A DNA stretch of 64,000 bases from Candidatus Thorarchaeota archaeon (GTDB lineage Archaea; Asgardarchaeota; Thorarchaeia; Thorarchaeales; Thorarchaeaceae), in contig JBHLRQ010000001.1 of NCBI GenBank assembly GCA_048882385.1, positions 1 to 64,000 on the forward strand, read 5' to 3'. The notes beneath the pieces are model-generated. The model was not told where the DNA came from. It worked only from the letters and a program-made list of their open reading frames with translations, and made no database searches. Positions 37,426-47,939 of this stretch are shown piece by piece (the stretch's first letter is position 1; each line of letters begins with the position of its first letter). Both the position numbers and the translations under genes were made by a program.

Positions 37426-38402
37426 AGGATATCTTGGTCATCAGTTCTCCATTTTGGTAGAACATGAGAGTCTTGAATACTAACTTGGTGACCAGTGTTG
37501 TACTGGAGAATTCCATTCCATGCAATCATAGCCCCTTGATCACCAGCCAGAGATGGTGAAACGCGGTGAAATTGAGTCTCATGTCGATCGGATACACCAG
37601 TAAGAATCTCGGCCAGACGATCATTACGAGCGACTCCACCCGTCAAGAGAATCTCGTTCTTCTTTGTGTGTGCAAGAGCTCTTTCTGCAATCTCTGCAAT
37701 CATACCAAAAGCTGTTTCTTGAACACTAAAACAAATGTCCGGAATAGATACGTTTTCAGAATGAAGCCGCTTGGCTGCAGTCAGCATCCCAGAATAGCTA
37801 AGGTCCATTCCTTTTACTGAGTAGGGTAGACTATGGAAGTTCTCACCTTCCTTGGCCAAGGTTTCAATAATCGGTCCAGCTGGAAATCCCATTCCAAGTT
37901 CACGACCAAGGACATCTAGCATGTTGCCAATTGCTATGTCAAGGGTTTCACCAAATGTTCTGAATCGTCCACCAGCGAACGCAATCACTTGTGTATTCCC
38001 GCCGGATACATATACGGTTACCGGGTCCTCGAATCCGGACTCCAAGCATCCAATCTCTATGTGGGCTACACAGTGATTCACATCTACTAAAGGAATCTTG
38101 AGTTTTAGAGCCAATGTTCGCGCAATTGTCGCGGTGGTTCTCAAACTTGGACCCAATCCAGGACCCCTTGAAAAAGCAATGATATCAATGTCTTGAAATC
38201 CAATACCAGCATTATGGATCGCTTTGTTGATTATTGTGGGTCCTAGTTCTGAATGATGTCTACTTGCTTCACGGGGATGAATACCACCCTGTTCAGGCTG
38301 GAGCATATCCCATTCGTTTGAAAGGACCTTACCCTCACTGGTAACTATACCAGCACCAAACGAATGTGCAGTTCCTTCTATTCCTAAACAGATTATTGTC
38401 AT
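37407..38402 (-). CDS. kae1: KEOPS t6A synthase Kae1
   Basis: GIEGTAH, HCVAHIEIG, VSGGNTQ and GETLDIAIGN motifs. Confidence 0.97.
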   Translation of the reverse strand: MTIICLGIEGTAHSFGAGIVTSEGKVLSNEWDMLQPEQGGIHPREASRHHSELGPTIINKAIHNAGIGFQDIDIIAFSRGPGLGPSLRTTATIARTLALKLKIPLVDVNHCVAHIEIGCLESGFEDPVTVYVSGGNTQVIAFAGGRFRTFGETLDIAIGNMLDVLGRELGMGFPAGPIIETLAKEGENFHSLPYSVKGMDLSYSGMLTAAKRLHSENVSIPDICFSVQETAFGMIAEIAERALAHTKKNEILLTGGVARNDRLAEILTGVSDRHETQFHRVSPSLAGDQGAMIAWNGILQYNTGHQVSIQDSHVLPKWRTDDQDILWRQSQ

Positions 38403-38543
38403 CTTTTGATAACCTGAACCGTTTGTCTTGATTGGTAGTGAAATACAAAGACCAGTTGACTCTTACGCTTTGTCTTGTAGCATAATCATGTAGCAAAGGC
38501 TTTATAATGCACTCAGACGGCCCCTTTTGAGAGGTGTCCCATT

Positions 38544-38771
38544 GTGACAGAGAAGATGCCAATAAAAGCTCTTGAGCTGCAACTTAATGATATTGTTTCA
38601 GTGAAATTGAAGGATCAGAGAATTTTCAGAGGACGCCTAACTCGATGTGACATGTACATGAATCTCACTATAGCTGACGCTGAAGAGCTTGAGGAAGACA
38701 CTACCAGAGCAAAGTATGGACAAGTCCTGATTCGCGGAAACAACATCCTTTGGATTCAAATTCCTAAATAA
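38544..38771 (+). CDS. Sm-like archaeal protein (SmAP/Lsm)
   Basis: V.LK....FRG.L...D.YMNL and G.VLIRGNNI (Sm1 and Sm2 motifs). Confidence 0.93.
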   Translation: MTEKMPIKALELQLNDIVSVKLKDQRIFRGRLTRCDMYMNLTIADAEELEEDTTRAKYGQVLIRGNNILWIQIPK

Positions 38772-38782
38772 TGAGTTGTCAA

Positions 38783-40819
38783 CTAACGCTCAATCTCATG
38801 GCGATAGCGTTCAATCAACTCAATTAGTTGCTCTTCACCTTTCCGCCGTGCTTGTTCACGAACATTCTTGATGAATATCTGAAGCTGCTGTTCGAATTTT
38901 CCCCTGCTTATGAATGCAAATTCATCCACACGTTGGAGTTCTACTTGGTTTGCATCAATCACTGGAATTAATGCCTTGACAAGTTCATCTCTTGGAAGAT
39001 GTGATAATGCAGTATCGACAACAACAGCCCGAACTTCGTGATCAATCAGGATTCCTGCTGTCTGTGGACCTCCTCCTGATGCATCTTCAAAGAGAACAAT
39101 ATCATTACTCTTCAGACCCACCTTTTTGATATACTCTTCAATACTCTCGCGAGTAAATTGAGGAATTACCTTTACTGCAAGCATATCGCCTCGCATTTCA
39201 AGACGCTTTACTCCCTTAAGACGTTCAAGATGCTTGCTCAGATTTTCGACCTGTTTTCTGAGTGAGGCTACTTCCTGTTGAGACTTAGTTAGCGCAGATT
39301 GGGTCTTTGCAACTTCACGGTCGCGTTTGACCTTCCAGTAGTTCTCATTGTTGATTAGCTCAAGGCTGTCGGAGAGCTCGCTCTCTCGGAATTTCAGATA
39401 CTCTACATATCGTTTGAGATCATCAATCTCATCGTGAAGTATCCGGTTTTCATTGTACATGTGTTCAGCCTTTGCCTGAAGTGAGTCATACTTTTCTTGT
39501 GTTAGCGGTTCTTCTTGTTCAGGGAGCTGTTCAGGCACACTCTCGACGACCTCTGCAGATTCTCGTTCAATTTGGGCTAGTGCTTCATTGATTGATGTTC
39601 CTTTGATTACTAGAGCTTTGAGATAGTTACGGTCTAATGGGATCTGCTGTTCACGTACAATTTTGTCAATCTGTTGGAGTTTGGGAAGAATAGACCTGTA
39701 GGCATAGACTGCAGCAGTCAGAGCATCGCGCTCGTGAGCATTACGAGTCCTTTTATCGGATGTATACTCTCTAGCTAATTCTTGTTTGTCAGCCACAGCA
39801 ATAGGTTTCTTGGGTGTATAGATAGGAGCGTTTACTGTACTGGCAATCTTTTCTATGAAGTGAGGTGCTTGGGGAACATCTGAAGCTACAAGAGCAGGAA
39901 TCCCATTTTCGTATACTTCTCTGATTAGGTCTGCTCGCGTCAGTCCCTTCCTACTTCTCAATACTCGTACTCTGCCATCTAAGGTCAATAAGCAATATGC
40001 TGCAGTTGTTCCTGGGTCAATACCTAAGATGAAATATTTGGGTTTGATTTGTGTAACACGGCGAGGTTCAAGAGGGATGAACTCTACGCGTTTCCTGACT
40101 GGCGATATGAGGATATTAAAATCTCCTCCTCGTTTTGCTTGTATCAAACTTTTGATGACTGGAAGAGGAGCATAGGTAATTAGTCGTGCACTAGCATAAC
40201 CAAAATCAGACGAACGGACATCAATATCATAATCGATTCCGGCATCTTTAACCTCTGATTCAATGAAGCGAGTCATTTGCTGAATCTGAGAATGAACTCT
40301 GCGTCTGTATCTATTAGCGCTCTGTCCACCACGTCCAGGTTTGCGACCTCTAGTCACTTTAATTTCAGTCTGTTCACTGAAACATTCCAAAGAGTGTCCA
40401 ACACCCCTTGCAGTCAGTAGTGCAGAAATTCGGGCAGACTCTAGGGGATTAGGTTTGCCTCGTACTAGGAAACCATGCCGTTTGGCCAATATCTTGAGGG
40501 GTGTTTGGTGAGGAGGGACTCCTGTGACCTGCACAATCCGAGTTTCTGGAGGAATTCTGTTCGCGAGATGAAAGAGCGATTTCGTATCAGGTACTATCTC
40601 AAAGATGTTATCTGTTGCGAGCCATTTGGGTTTGATTTCACGAACCAGTTTCAGAAGTGCACCTCGCGAAATCTCGAGATACTCGTTCAGAACAATCTCG
40701 TCCCTTGTTACGACGCATGAGAACTTTGGAGCTCTCTTAGAACTGGCACTATGTGAAGGAAGAATGTCAAATCCTACAATGAAAACGCATTCGTCCTCTT
40801 CACCCATAAGTCTCAGCAC
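38783..40819 (-). CDS. DUF460 protein (RNase H-like fold plus coiled coil)
   Basis: LATDN, GRGGQSANRYRR, GIDPGTT and HERDAL motifs. Confidence 0.9.
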   Translation of the reverse strand: MLRLMGEEDECVFIVGFDILPSHSASSKRAPKFSCVVTRDEIVLNEYLEISRGALLKLVREIKPKWLATDNIFEIVPDTKSLFHLANRIPPETRIVQVTGVPPHQTPLKILAKRHGFLVRGKPNPLESARISALLTARGVGHSLECFSEQTEIKVTRGRKPGRGGQSANRYRRRVHSQIQQMTRFIESEVKDAGIDYDIDVRSSDFGYASARLITYAPLPVIKSLIQAKRGGDFNILISPVRKRVEFIPLEPRRVTQIKPKYFILGIDPGTTAAYCLLTLDGRVRVLRSRKGLTRADLIREVYENGIPALVASDVPQAPHFIEKIASTVNAPIYTPKKPIAVADKQELAREYTSDKRTRNAHERDALTAAVYAYRSILPKLQQIDKIVREQQIPLDRNYLKALVIKGTSINEALAQIERESAEVVESVPEQLPEQEEPLTQEKYDSLQAKAEHMYNENRILHDEIDDLKRYVEYLKFRESELSDSLELINNENYWKVKRDREVAKTQSALTKSQQEVASLRKQVENLSKHLERLKGVKRLEMRGDMLAVKVIPQFTRESIEEYIKKVGLKSNDIVLFEDASGGGPQTAGILIDHEVRAVVVDTALSHLPRDELVKALIPVIDANQVELQRVDEFAFISRGKFEQQLQIFIKNVREQARRKGEEQLIELIERYRHEIER

Positions 40820-40924
40820 TCATTCATAATGACACGAGAGGACCTATGAACCTATTTGTAGATTCAATTTCGTACAAATCATGAATTCCAGATTCCCCAA
40901 ACAACAAGTATAATAAAGCCATGC

Positions 40925-41242
40925 TTGAGCAATCAGATAATACACATTCGAGGTGTAACATTGTCCGAAACACTAGAGATTAACAATGACGACGCCGTAC
41001 TACGTATTGGACGCGCTCTTTCATCAGGAACTCGACTAAAAATACTCAAACTTCTGCTTCAAGGAGAGAAGGATGTAACACGAGTGGCACGACACCTCGG
41101 CGGAACTGAAGCCAACGCCAGCGCCCAGATTAAGATTCTTTTTGATTCAGGCTTGCTTGAATGTAGATACGAACCAGGTCAGCATGGTCTCAAAAAAATC
41201 TCAAAAACTAAAGTAAAGCGAATCATTATTGATTTGGAATAG
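40925..41242 (+). CDS. ArsR-family HTH regulator
   Basis: ALSSGTRLKILKLL...A.......S..I..L...GL...Y.PG..G.KK; the start may be TTG 40961. Confidence 0.85.
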   Translation: MSNQIIHIRGVTLSETLEINNDDAVLRIGRALSSGTRLKILKLLLQGEKDVTRVARHLGGTEANASAQIKILFDSGLLECRYEPGQHGLKKISKTKVKRIIIDLE

Positions 41243-41247
41243 ACAAA

Positions 41248-41856
41248 TCAGTCGACTGGAGAGCTAGATTGGACAGCAAGATGTGCTTTCCAGCGACGGA
41301 TTCTTTTTAGAATATTATCTCGTTCATCTGGACGGATTGCCTTTTTTCCTCTTGCCTTGAGAAAGTTTAAGACTATGTCTATGTCTCTAGCGACTTTTCC
41401 AGTTTCAGAGGATTCATCAATCAGATATTCCCTTGCAGACTGTAGGTATTCGTAGATTATCTCAGCTGGAGCTTCGCCAGTACGAAGTTCATGAGAGATA
41501 GGATCGAGAACACGATTCACCTTTGCACTAGTTGCTGTATGTATTACATCTGATTCTTCGACAACATTTGGTGGTTCATCACTTATCGAAGACTGTGTTG
41601 GTTCGTCTTCTTCTTGGGAGGATTCAACAATTATAGGTGAGATATCGATATCATCTGGTTCTGCGGTTTCTGAAGAAGTAGTCTTTACTTCAGAGAAGAG
41701 AGGTAGAACTGCGGGGATTGCTGATGTTTCTGATGCGTTTTCAGAAACCAGATTCAGACGGGTTCTCAACTCACGAAGTTGATCAAAAAGCTCAACGAGT
41801 CCTGATTGCATAGAATCTATGAGTTGTTTGATTTCATTCAATTCATCGTCTGACAT
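41248..41856 (-). CDS. Hypothetical protein (coiled coil, acidic linker, C-terminal helical domain)
   Basis: Amino-acid composition; co-oriented downstream of herA. Confidence 0.7.
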   Translation of the reverse strand: MSDDELNEIKQLIDSMQSGLVELFDQLRELRTRLNLVSENASETSAIPAVLPLFSEVKTTSSETAEPDDIDISPIIVESSQEEDEPTQSSISDEPPNVVEESDVIHTATSAKVNRVLDPISHELRTGEAPAEIIYEYLQSAREYLIDESSETGKVARDIDIVLNFLKARGKKAIRPDERDNILKRIRRWKAHLAVQSSSPVD

Positions 41857-41938
41857 CTATAGAAACCCCTGTTTCTTTGACGTTTCTTCTCGAGGTGAAA
41901 CATCATCTTTCGTCTTATCAGGATTGCTGGGAGCAATA

Positions 41939-43453
41939 TCACTTGTCTGCCTTTTTTATAGCATCCGTCAAGTTCTTTGTAATTGATTTTGGTTCATACT
42001 TTCTTTGACGAATCTTGACAAATGTTGGCACGGAAACTGTTTCACCAACGAAAAGTGCTTCGCCAATTTCAAGCGTTGTGATTGCATCAAGAGATGGCCG
42101 GTCAATTCCTTCACTTGACCGCCCAATATGGTCCAAATCGTATGGATTTGTACATCTAAGAATAGCTTGATTGCTACACTGACTCAATACGGTTGTAGAG
42201 AGCTTGACTGGTCTCTGCGATACAAGACAGAGAAGTGCATAGAATTTACGACCTTCTCGTGCGATTGTTTCTATGCGGCTCTTGGGTAATGCCAGCTCAT
42301 GACGACTCTCTGGACAGAATTGATGTGCTTCTTCAAGAATAAGTAAGAAAGGTGGAATTTCTTCTCTTCTCCGTAGATGAAGAAGTTCACTGGTTAAGAA
42401 TGAAACAACAATCTGCTTCTTCTTGAGACTAATGAAATCGCTTAGGTCGATTAGTGTGATTTTCCCAGGTCGGACAATATTCTTGACACTTGGAACAGCT
42501 TCTTTGCCAAACAAACGTGTTTCGTCAAGATTGATCAACCATCCTGTCAAAGCCTCACGAGTATTTTTACTGATGGATTGGTCTTCACGAATATATTCCA
42601 CTAGGTCAGCCAATGTGTATCCTTTTTTCATAGATGTCTTTATTTCAGAAACAACACGTCTCAAATCTCGGACTTGGATTGAGCTCATATCAGCTACAAG
42701 AGATCCTATCGTTTCAGCGGAAAGCATCTGAACAGGAATCTGAAAATGTGATCCTCGGATATGCTCAATTTCAAAGTGTCCTGTAGGTAGTCCGAATTCT
42801 TCTGGAGTCAAATCTTTCAGGTAAGTGTACTCACCATGAACATCTACAACGACAACTGAAAGGCGTCCTTTTTCCTTAGATCGCTGTAGAAGTTCTTCTA
42901 GTAGTACAGACACAAAGTATGATTTACCGGCTCCACTCATTGCCAGTATTGCAAGATGTTTCGATAACAGACGGTCTGCAGATGGTGCAAATTCAAGATC
43001 TTGGTAGGCTAACCGACCCAGATGGAGTCCATCTTTCAGATCCATCTTCAGGAATGCTGCAAGAGTTTCTACATCTGCACGGCGTACTATAGCCCCTGGC
43101 GACACTGTAAAATATGGACGAACTGTTCTTCCATTTGACCAAAGACCAAGGACTCGTGTCATAGCAATAGTGTACTGCCATCTATCGGTAGGAAATATTG
43201 ATCGTAGTTGTTCTCCTCTTGATTGATATTCTCGTACCGCTTCTGCATGTTGGTAGTAACGATTTGTGCGTATAAGGTCTTGAACTCTAGCAATCACTGT
43301 TCCAGCATCAGTTACGACTGATACGAACTCGCCACGCCGAGCGATAATTTCTCGAGGTCCGCCTTCAAGTACAAATGAGAATTCCATGACATTGGGACCT
43401 GAGTCAGTTGAAACAACGGTACCAAGGCGAGTACCAGCAGGAAATTCTGTCAT
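41939..43453 (-). CDS. herA: HerA helicase/ATPase
   Basis: HAS barrel, HLAILAMSGAGKS, DVHGEY, EEAH, AREGRK and SQRP motifs. Confidence 0.95.
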   Translation of the reverse strand: MTEFPAGTRLGTVVSTDSGPNVMEFSFVLEGGPREIIARRGEFVSVVTDAGTVIARVQDLIRTNRYYQHAEAVREYQSRGEQLRSIFPTDRWQYTIAMTRVLGLWSNGRTVRPYFTVSPGAIVRRADVETLAAFLKMDLKDGLHLGRLAYQDLEFAPSADRLLSKHLAILAMSGAGKSYFVSVLLEELLQRSKEKGRLSVVVVDVHGEYTYLKDLTPEEFGLPTGHFEIEHIRGSHFQIPVQMLSAETIGSLVADMSSIQVRDLRRVVSEIKTSMKKGYTLADLVEYIREDQSISKNTREALTGWLINLDETRLFGKEAVPSVKNIVRPGKITLIDLSDFISLKKKQIVVSFLTSELLHLRRREEIPPFLLILEEAHQFCPESRHELALPKSRIETIAREGRKFYALLCLVSQRPVKLSTTVLSQCSNQAILRCTNPYDLDHIGRSSEGIDRPSLDAITTLEIGEALFVGETVSVPTFVKIRQRKYEPKSITKNLTDAIKKADK

Positions 43454-43456
43454 TAT

Positions 43457-44620
43457 TTATCCTCCAAAAGGGTTCCGTGATCGTCTTTTCTCAAGGGATA
43501 TGTAGGTGAGTCCAGATAGTGCCATGAGTCTGTCTATAATTAGCCGCGTTTCATTAGCTGTTATCTTTGCTCTTGCATCTGCTTCAAGAATGGGAGTAGG
43601 AATACCATATTCGGGATGTTGTGAGGAGAGAGGTAATATTGCTGATAATGCTGCATCGATTTTGGATGTGTCAATAGCATCCTCATCCTCTGAGAGATAT
43701 TCAATCCTAAGAGGCAAGTCGTCACGTGCTGTTTTGAGGTATGTAACCCAAATTGAAGGTGCCCAGCTAGACAAGTCTTCAGACAAATTGTTTGTATTGA
43801 ATTGCAATTCTGAAGAATATCGAAATACAAACGATCTTTCACCTTCTTCTAGAAATGTGTCGAGAAGATCACAGTCTCTTGAAATTTTAATTAGCCATCT
43901 ATAATCAACGCCTTGCATCATTTCAAAGATTTCAGGATTACGAATGATGTGTGGAAGTATTTCTCCCATCGTTGTAGCTACTCGGGTTGAACGACTGTCC
44001 TTGACAATGCCTATCAAAATTGTTTGTTTCTTTCGAGCTTTATTGTAAAGCTGTTTGTATAGTGCAAGGACCTCTTGAAATTTTTCAAAAACCATGGACC
44101 CACTTTGTGGTCGGTCTCTTGGATGATAGAAAAGTGATCCGTCAAGTAGAATAAGATAAGGCCGAAATTCCTCTATGACCGATAGGGTCACTCGAAGTTC
44201 TGCTGCAATTCGTTCAAGTGATGCAAGCTGGTCTAGTTCCGCACTTGAAAGGGTCAGCATCAGGGGCATTATTTTGGGTTCTGGAAAAGCATCTGGGTAA
44301 AAATCAACAACAGGTCCTTCTTCTGGGCCGAAGTGGAAAATAACTGCAACACCTCTTGTCAGAACCAAATCCATGGATCTGAAGCGTTTTCGTACAAGAC
44401 CCCCGTCAACACCAACGATTTTGAGTCCAGGTAGGGTTGTCGACTTAATCTTAGTTATTAGTGGTGTATCGATTATATTTGATGCAACAGCTGGAAATTT
44501 ACTCAAGTCAATTTTTTTCTTGACGTTTCGAAGCACGTTTCCGAACTGTTTTCTTGTAACTTCGATATGTTCGATTTCCTCAACTAGTTTTGACAACATC
44601 TTGTCGAGATTGCGTTCCAC
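43457..44620 (-). CDS. nurA: NurA nuclease
   Basis: GVDGG, LLDGSL, KDSRS and YG.P.P..EAD..A motifs. Confidence 0.93.
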   Translation of the reverse strand: MERNLDKMLSKLVEEIEHIEVTRKQFGNVLRNVKKKIDLSKFPAVASNIIDTPLITKIKSTTLPGLKIVGVDGGLVRKRFRSMDLVLTRGVAVIFHFGPEEGPVVDFYPDAFPEPKIMPLMLTLSSAELDQLASLERIAAELRVTLSVIEEFRPYLILLDGSLFYHPRDRPQSGSMVFEKFQEVLALYKQLYNKARKKQTILIGIVKDSRSTRVATTMGEILPHIIRNPEIFEMMQGVDYRWLIKISRDCDLLDTFLEEGERSFVFRYSSELQFNTNNLSEDLSSWAPSIWVTYLKTARDDLPLRIEYLSEDEDAIDTSKIDAALSAILPLSSQHPEYGIPTPILEADARAKITANETRLIIDRLMALSGLTYISLEKRRSRNPFGG

Positions 44621-46299
44621 TAGTTTTTCCCTCTCACCTTCTTATATTCCAGTGCGGCCCTTATTAGGCCCAAGTAAAGAGGATGTGGCTTATCTGGTCT
44701 TGATTTGAACTCTGGATGATATTGAACTCCGATCCAGAAAGGATGATCAGCATGTTCTATTGCATTGATTATGCGTCCGGTTGTGTCATGAGCGGATACT
44801 TTCAAACCCTTTTCATCCATCTTATTCAAGTATCTGTCAATTAAGTGAAATCTATGACGAAATCGTTCACGTACCAAGTCAGTTTTGTAGATTTCATGTA
44901 GTCGTGTACCTTTAACGATGACTACTTCGTGACCTCCAAGACGCATGGTCCCACCCTTATCATCTATGATTTTTTGTTCATCCATTAAATCAACAACTGG
45001 ATAAAGACTGTCAATATCGACCTCAGTAGTATGAGCACCTTTCCAACCCATTACTTTTCGAGCAAAAGCAACAGTGGATAATTGAGCACCATAGCAAATT
45101 CCGAGTAGCGGAATCTTGGAATCTAACGTGACGTTTGCTGCACATATCATCCCTTCTACACCACGTTCTCCAAAACCAGGTGTTAGAAGAACTCCATCTA
45201 CATCTGATAGATCTTCAAGAAGACATTCTTCAGTACATCTCTCTTCTGTTTCAATCCATTTTATTTCGACCTGTGCTCCACAAGCTGCTGCAGCGTGTGA
45301 TAATGCTTGATTGATACTCTTGTATGAGTCACCAAGTGTCGTATATTTACCCGGCATAGCAATGACTACTGTTTCAGATACATTTTCAAAAGACTTGACA
45401 ATCTTTGTCCAGTTTTCGGTATTGGGCTCTCTCTGTTCTAACCCGAAATGATCTACAATAATGGTGCCTAACTCCTCCTCTTCAAAAGATAATGGAAGTT
45501 GGTAAATTACAGGAATGTCTGGGTTGGAAATGACTCTCTCCTTTGGAACATTGCAAAATAGAGCAATTTTTTCCTTGGCAGAATCCGGAAGACGCTTCTC
45601 AGCTCTGCATATCATAATGTCAGGTTGAAGACCTAGGCTTTGGAGTGTTCTAACACTATGTTGCGTTGGTTTGGTTTTGAACTCTCCAACCGATTTTATG
45701 TATGGTACAAGTGTGACATGAACTACAGCTGTATTGTCGTGGCCTAGTTCGCTGACAAATTGTCGTACTGCTTCAAGAAAAGGACTGGCTTCGATATCAC
45801 CAACAGTGCCTCCAATTTCTACCAATAAAACATCTGGGACTGGTTCTTTCTTAACTACTTCCCAGATTCTTTGTTTGATTCTTTCAGTGACATGTGGGAT
45901 AATCTGCACAGTACGGCCGAGAAAACTCCCCTTTCTCTCTTCAAGAATGACGGATATATAGATTTGACCAGATGTGATATTCTGTGATGGGTGAACTTCC
46001 ATTCCTGTGAATCGTTCGTAAGTGCCAAAGTCTAAGTCTATTTCTGAGATTTGGAATTCGAAGTCATCAACTGGTTTGAACATCCAAGTCTGATCTGTTA
46101 CAAAAACCTCACCGTGTTCAATTGGATTGAGTGTACCGGGATCAATGTTAAGATATGGATCAATTTTGATTATCCGAATACTATAGCCTCGAAACTGGAA
46201 TAGTTTTGCAATCGAAGCTGTAGTAACTCCTTTACCTATTCCTGAGAGCACGCCGCCTGTTATGAAGACAAAATTCGTTTTCTTTTGAATTGAACTCAA
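44620..46299 (-). CDS. pyrG: CTP synthase
   Basis: TGGVLSGIGKG, KIDPYLN, KTKPTQHSV, GICYG and QYHPE motifs. Confidence 0.97.
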   Translation of the reverse strand: MSSIQKKTNFVFITGGVLSGIGKGVTTASIAKLFQFRGYSIRIIKIDPYLNIDPGTLNPIEHGEVFVTDQTWMFKPVDDFEFQISEIDLDFGTYERFTGMEVHPSQNITSGQIYISVILEERKGSFLGRTVQIIPHVTERIKQRIWEVVKKEPVPDVLLVEIGGTVGDIEASPFLEAVRQFVSELGHDNTAVVHVTLVPYIKSVGEFKTKPTQHSVRTLQSLGLQPDIMICRAEKRLPDSAKEKIALFCNVPKERVISNPDIPVIYQLPLSFEEEELGTIIVDHFGLEQREPNTENWTKIVKSFENVSETVVIAMPGKYTTLGDSYKSINQALSHAAAACGAQVEIKWIETEERCTEECLLEDLSDVDGVLLTPGFGERGVEGMICAANVTLDSKIPLLGICYGAQLSTVAFARKVMGWKGAHTTEVDIDSLYPVVDLMDEQKIIDDKGGTMRLGGHEVVIVKGTRLHEIYKTDLVRERFRHRFHLIDRYLNKMDEKGLKVSAHDTTGRIINAIEHADHPFWIGVQYHPEFKSRPDKPHPLYLGLIRAALEYKKVRGKN

Positions 46300-46420
46300 G
46301 ACATGTAGCCTCGATAATGTTAATCAATTGATTGTTGTCCAGTCCTGAACTGCGGCTGCAGTCACGCTTGGGCGTATAAATTGTTTGTTCAGTAATTAGC
46401 TGGTATGATGGATTTCGCGC

Positions 46421-47002
46421 TTATGAGATGGGTTGCGCAAGAACACTAGCACGCATCGCATTTTGAAAGAGGTACTGAAAGGCTTCTACAATATTGTGAC
46501 CTTCTCGTGCGATACTCATAAACACTGGTACTGAAGGGGGTATCTTTAGATGTACTCTTAGTTGGTTCTCGTGTATTGCACTTGGTAAGTCTTGCTTATT
46601 CAGACATACAATCAATGGGAGAGGTCGTTCTTCCTCCTCAATCATAGACATAAGCTCATTCCAACTTGCTAGGTTCTCATCCTGTAGGTGTTCTTGGGAG
46701 TCAGCAACAAAAATCACGCCATCAGCTCCAACCAGCACAACTTCTCTTGTAGATCTATAGAAATCCTGTCCTGTAGCAGACCAAATATGAGCATTTATCG
46801 TCCAACTATTACTCAGAGAGAAGGGGATTGTACCAAAGTCACAGAACATTGTTCGACCAACAGTATTCTCTATAGATGTCAGCTTTTCAGCATAATCTAG
46901 AGTAGAAAACAACCACCTTATTGAAGTCGTTTTTCCACTCATCGCAGGTCCAAAGAATACAATTTTCAAACCAACTGTACGATTTCCATAGTCAATGATC
47001 AT
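46421..47002 (-). CDS. MglA-type small GTPase
   Basis: KIVFFGPAMSGKTT, RTMFCDF, SATGQ (MglA-like G3), GADGVIFVADS and NKQD motifs. Confidence 0.92.
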   Translation of the reverse strand: MIIDYGNRTVGLKIVFFGPAMSGKTTSIRWLFSTLDYAEKLTSIENTVGRTMFCDFGTIPFSLSNSWTINAHIWSATGQDFYRSTREVVLVGADGVIFVADSQEHLQDENLASWNELMSMIEEEERPLPLIVCLNKQDLPSAIHENQLRVHLKIPPSVPVFMSIAREGHNIVEAFQYLFQNAMRASVLAQPIS

Positions 47003-47018
47003 GTTAGGTCCTCCATTC

Positions 47019-47939
47019 TTATGTTCCCCACATACTATCTACCCAAGCTCCTAGACCAGACAAAGTACCACTCTTAACACAGTCAGAGAAATCCTCATGC
47101 CATTCTGCTCTAATGAAATGGATCAAGGCTGGTAGTTCACCACCATCCCAACCAATAGCTTCGTAAAGATTCCTTTCCGTGAGTGTTGTGGATGCACCAA
47201 GTTCTCTTGCTAATCGAATTCTTGACAATAACGTAACTGCTCTACGAGCAGCATGAACGTAGTTGTTAATCTCTTCCTCGAAAACATCTTGTGTGAGTTT
47301 ATCGGATTCATCATCTAGTTTTAGAACTGCATTAAGGATATGGTCAGATACATTGAGCCCGCGAAGAGATTTTGTCAAAAGCCGTCTTATCCTCTCCAAT
47401 GATTGTTTCTTGCGGATTAGTATCTTGTTCACAATTTTCTTTTCAACCTCAAGACTATTGTTCGAAGACCTAACAAGTGAGAATGTTAGTGATGATGGAG
47501 AACTAACCCTTAAGATTCCGCAGTTCCCTGAGTTTTTGAGTATGTGTGCTGTAACATCTTGAAGCGTGCTTTCAGTCACTTGGACTCCTAAGACTGTGAA
47601 CCCGATTGGTACAGCCAATATCCATCCAGCAAAGTGTGTAATTCTATCCATAGCAAGTCTAAGATTTCCTGATAATCCACAAGCAACTGTTCTACTCACT
47701 TCGTAGTTATGTTTCTCTTCTTCCCAGACTGATAGTATCTCAGACTCAGAAGTGAAATCTCGCCAAAATACCAATTTATGACGATGTGGACTTAGTGTAG
47801 TAAGACTTTCAGTAATGTCATCTACAAGCTCAATATCCTCACCAGCCACGATTACGGGCATCCGTTCTAAGATAGTATTCAACAAAATTGGGAACTGATC
47901 ACCCATTAGCTCGATCATTCGCATAATTGAATATGTCAT
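47019..47939 (-). CDS. Folliculin/DENN-core-like protein (cDENN plus helical region)
   Basis: SIMRMIELMGDQFPILLNTILERMPVIVAGEDIELVDDITESLTTLSP resembles the start of the cDENN fold; comparison made from memory, not searched. Confidence 0.6.
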   Translation of the reverse strand: MTYSIMRMIELMGDQFPILLNTILERMPVIVAGEDIELVDDITESLTTLSPHRHKLVFWRDFTSESEILSVWEEEKHNYEVSRTVACGLSGNLRLAMDRITHFAGWILAVPIGFTVLGVQVTESTLQDVTAHILKNSGNCGILRVSSPSSLTFSLVRSSNNSLEVEKKIVNKILIRKKQSLERIRRLLTKSLRGLNVSDHILNAVLKLDDESDKLTQDVFEEEINNYVHAARRAVTLLSRIRLARELGASTTLTERNLYEAIGWDGGELPALIHFIRAEWHEDFSDCVKSGTLSGLGAWVDSMWGT

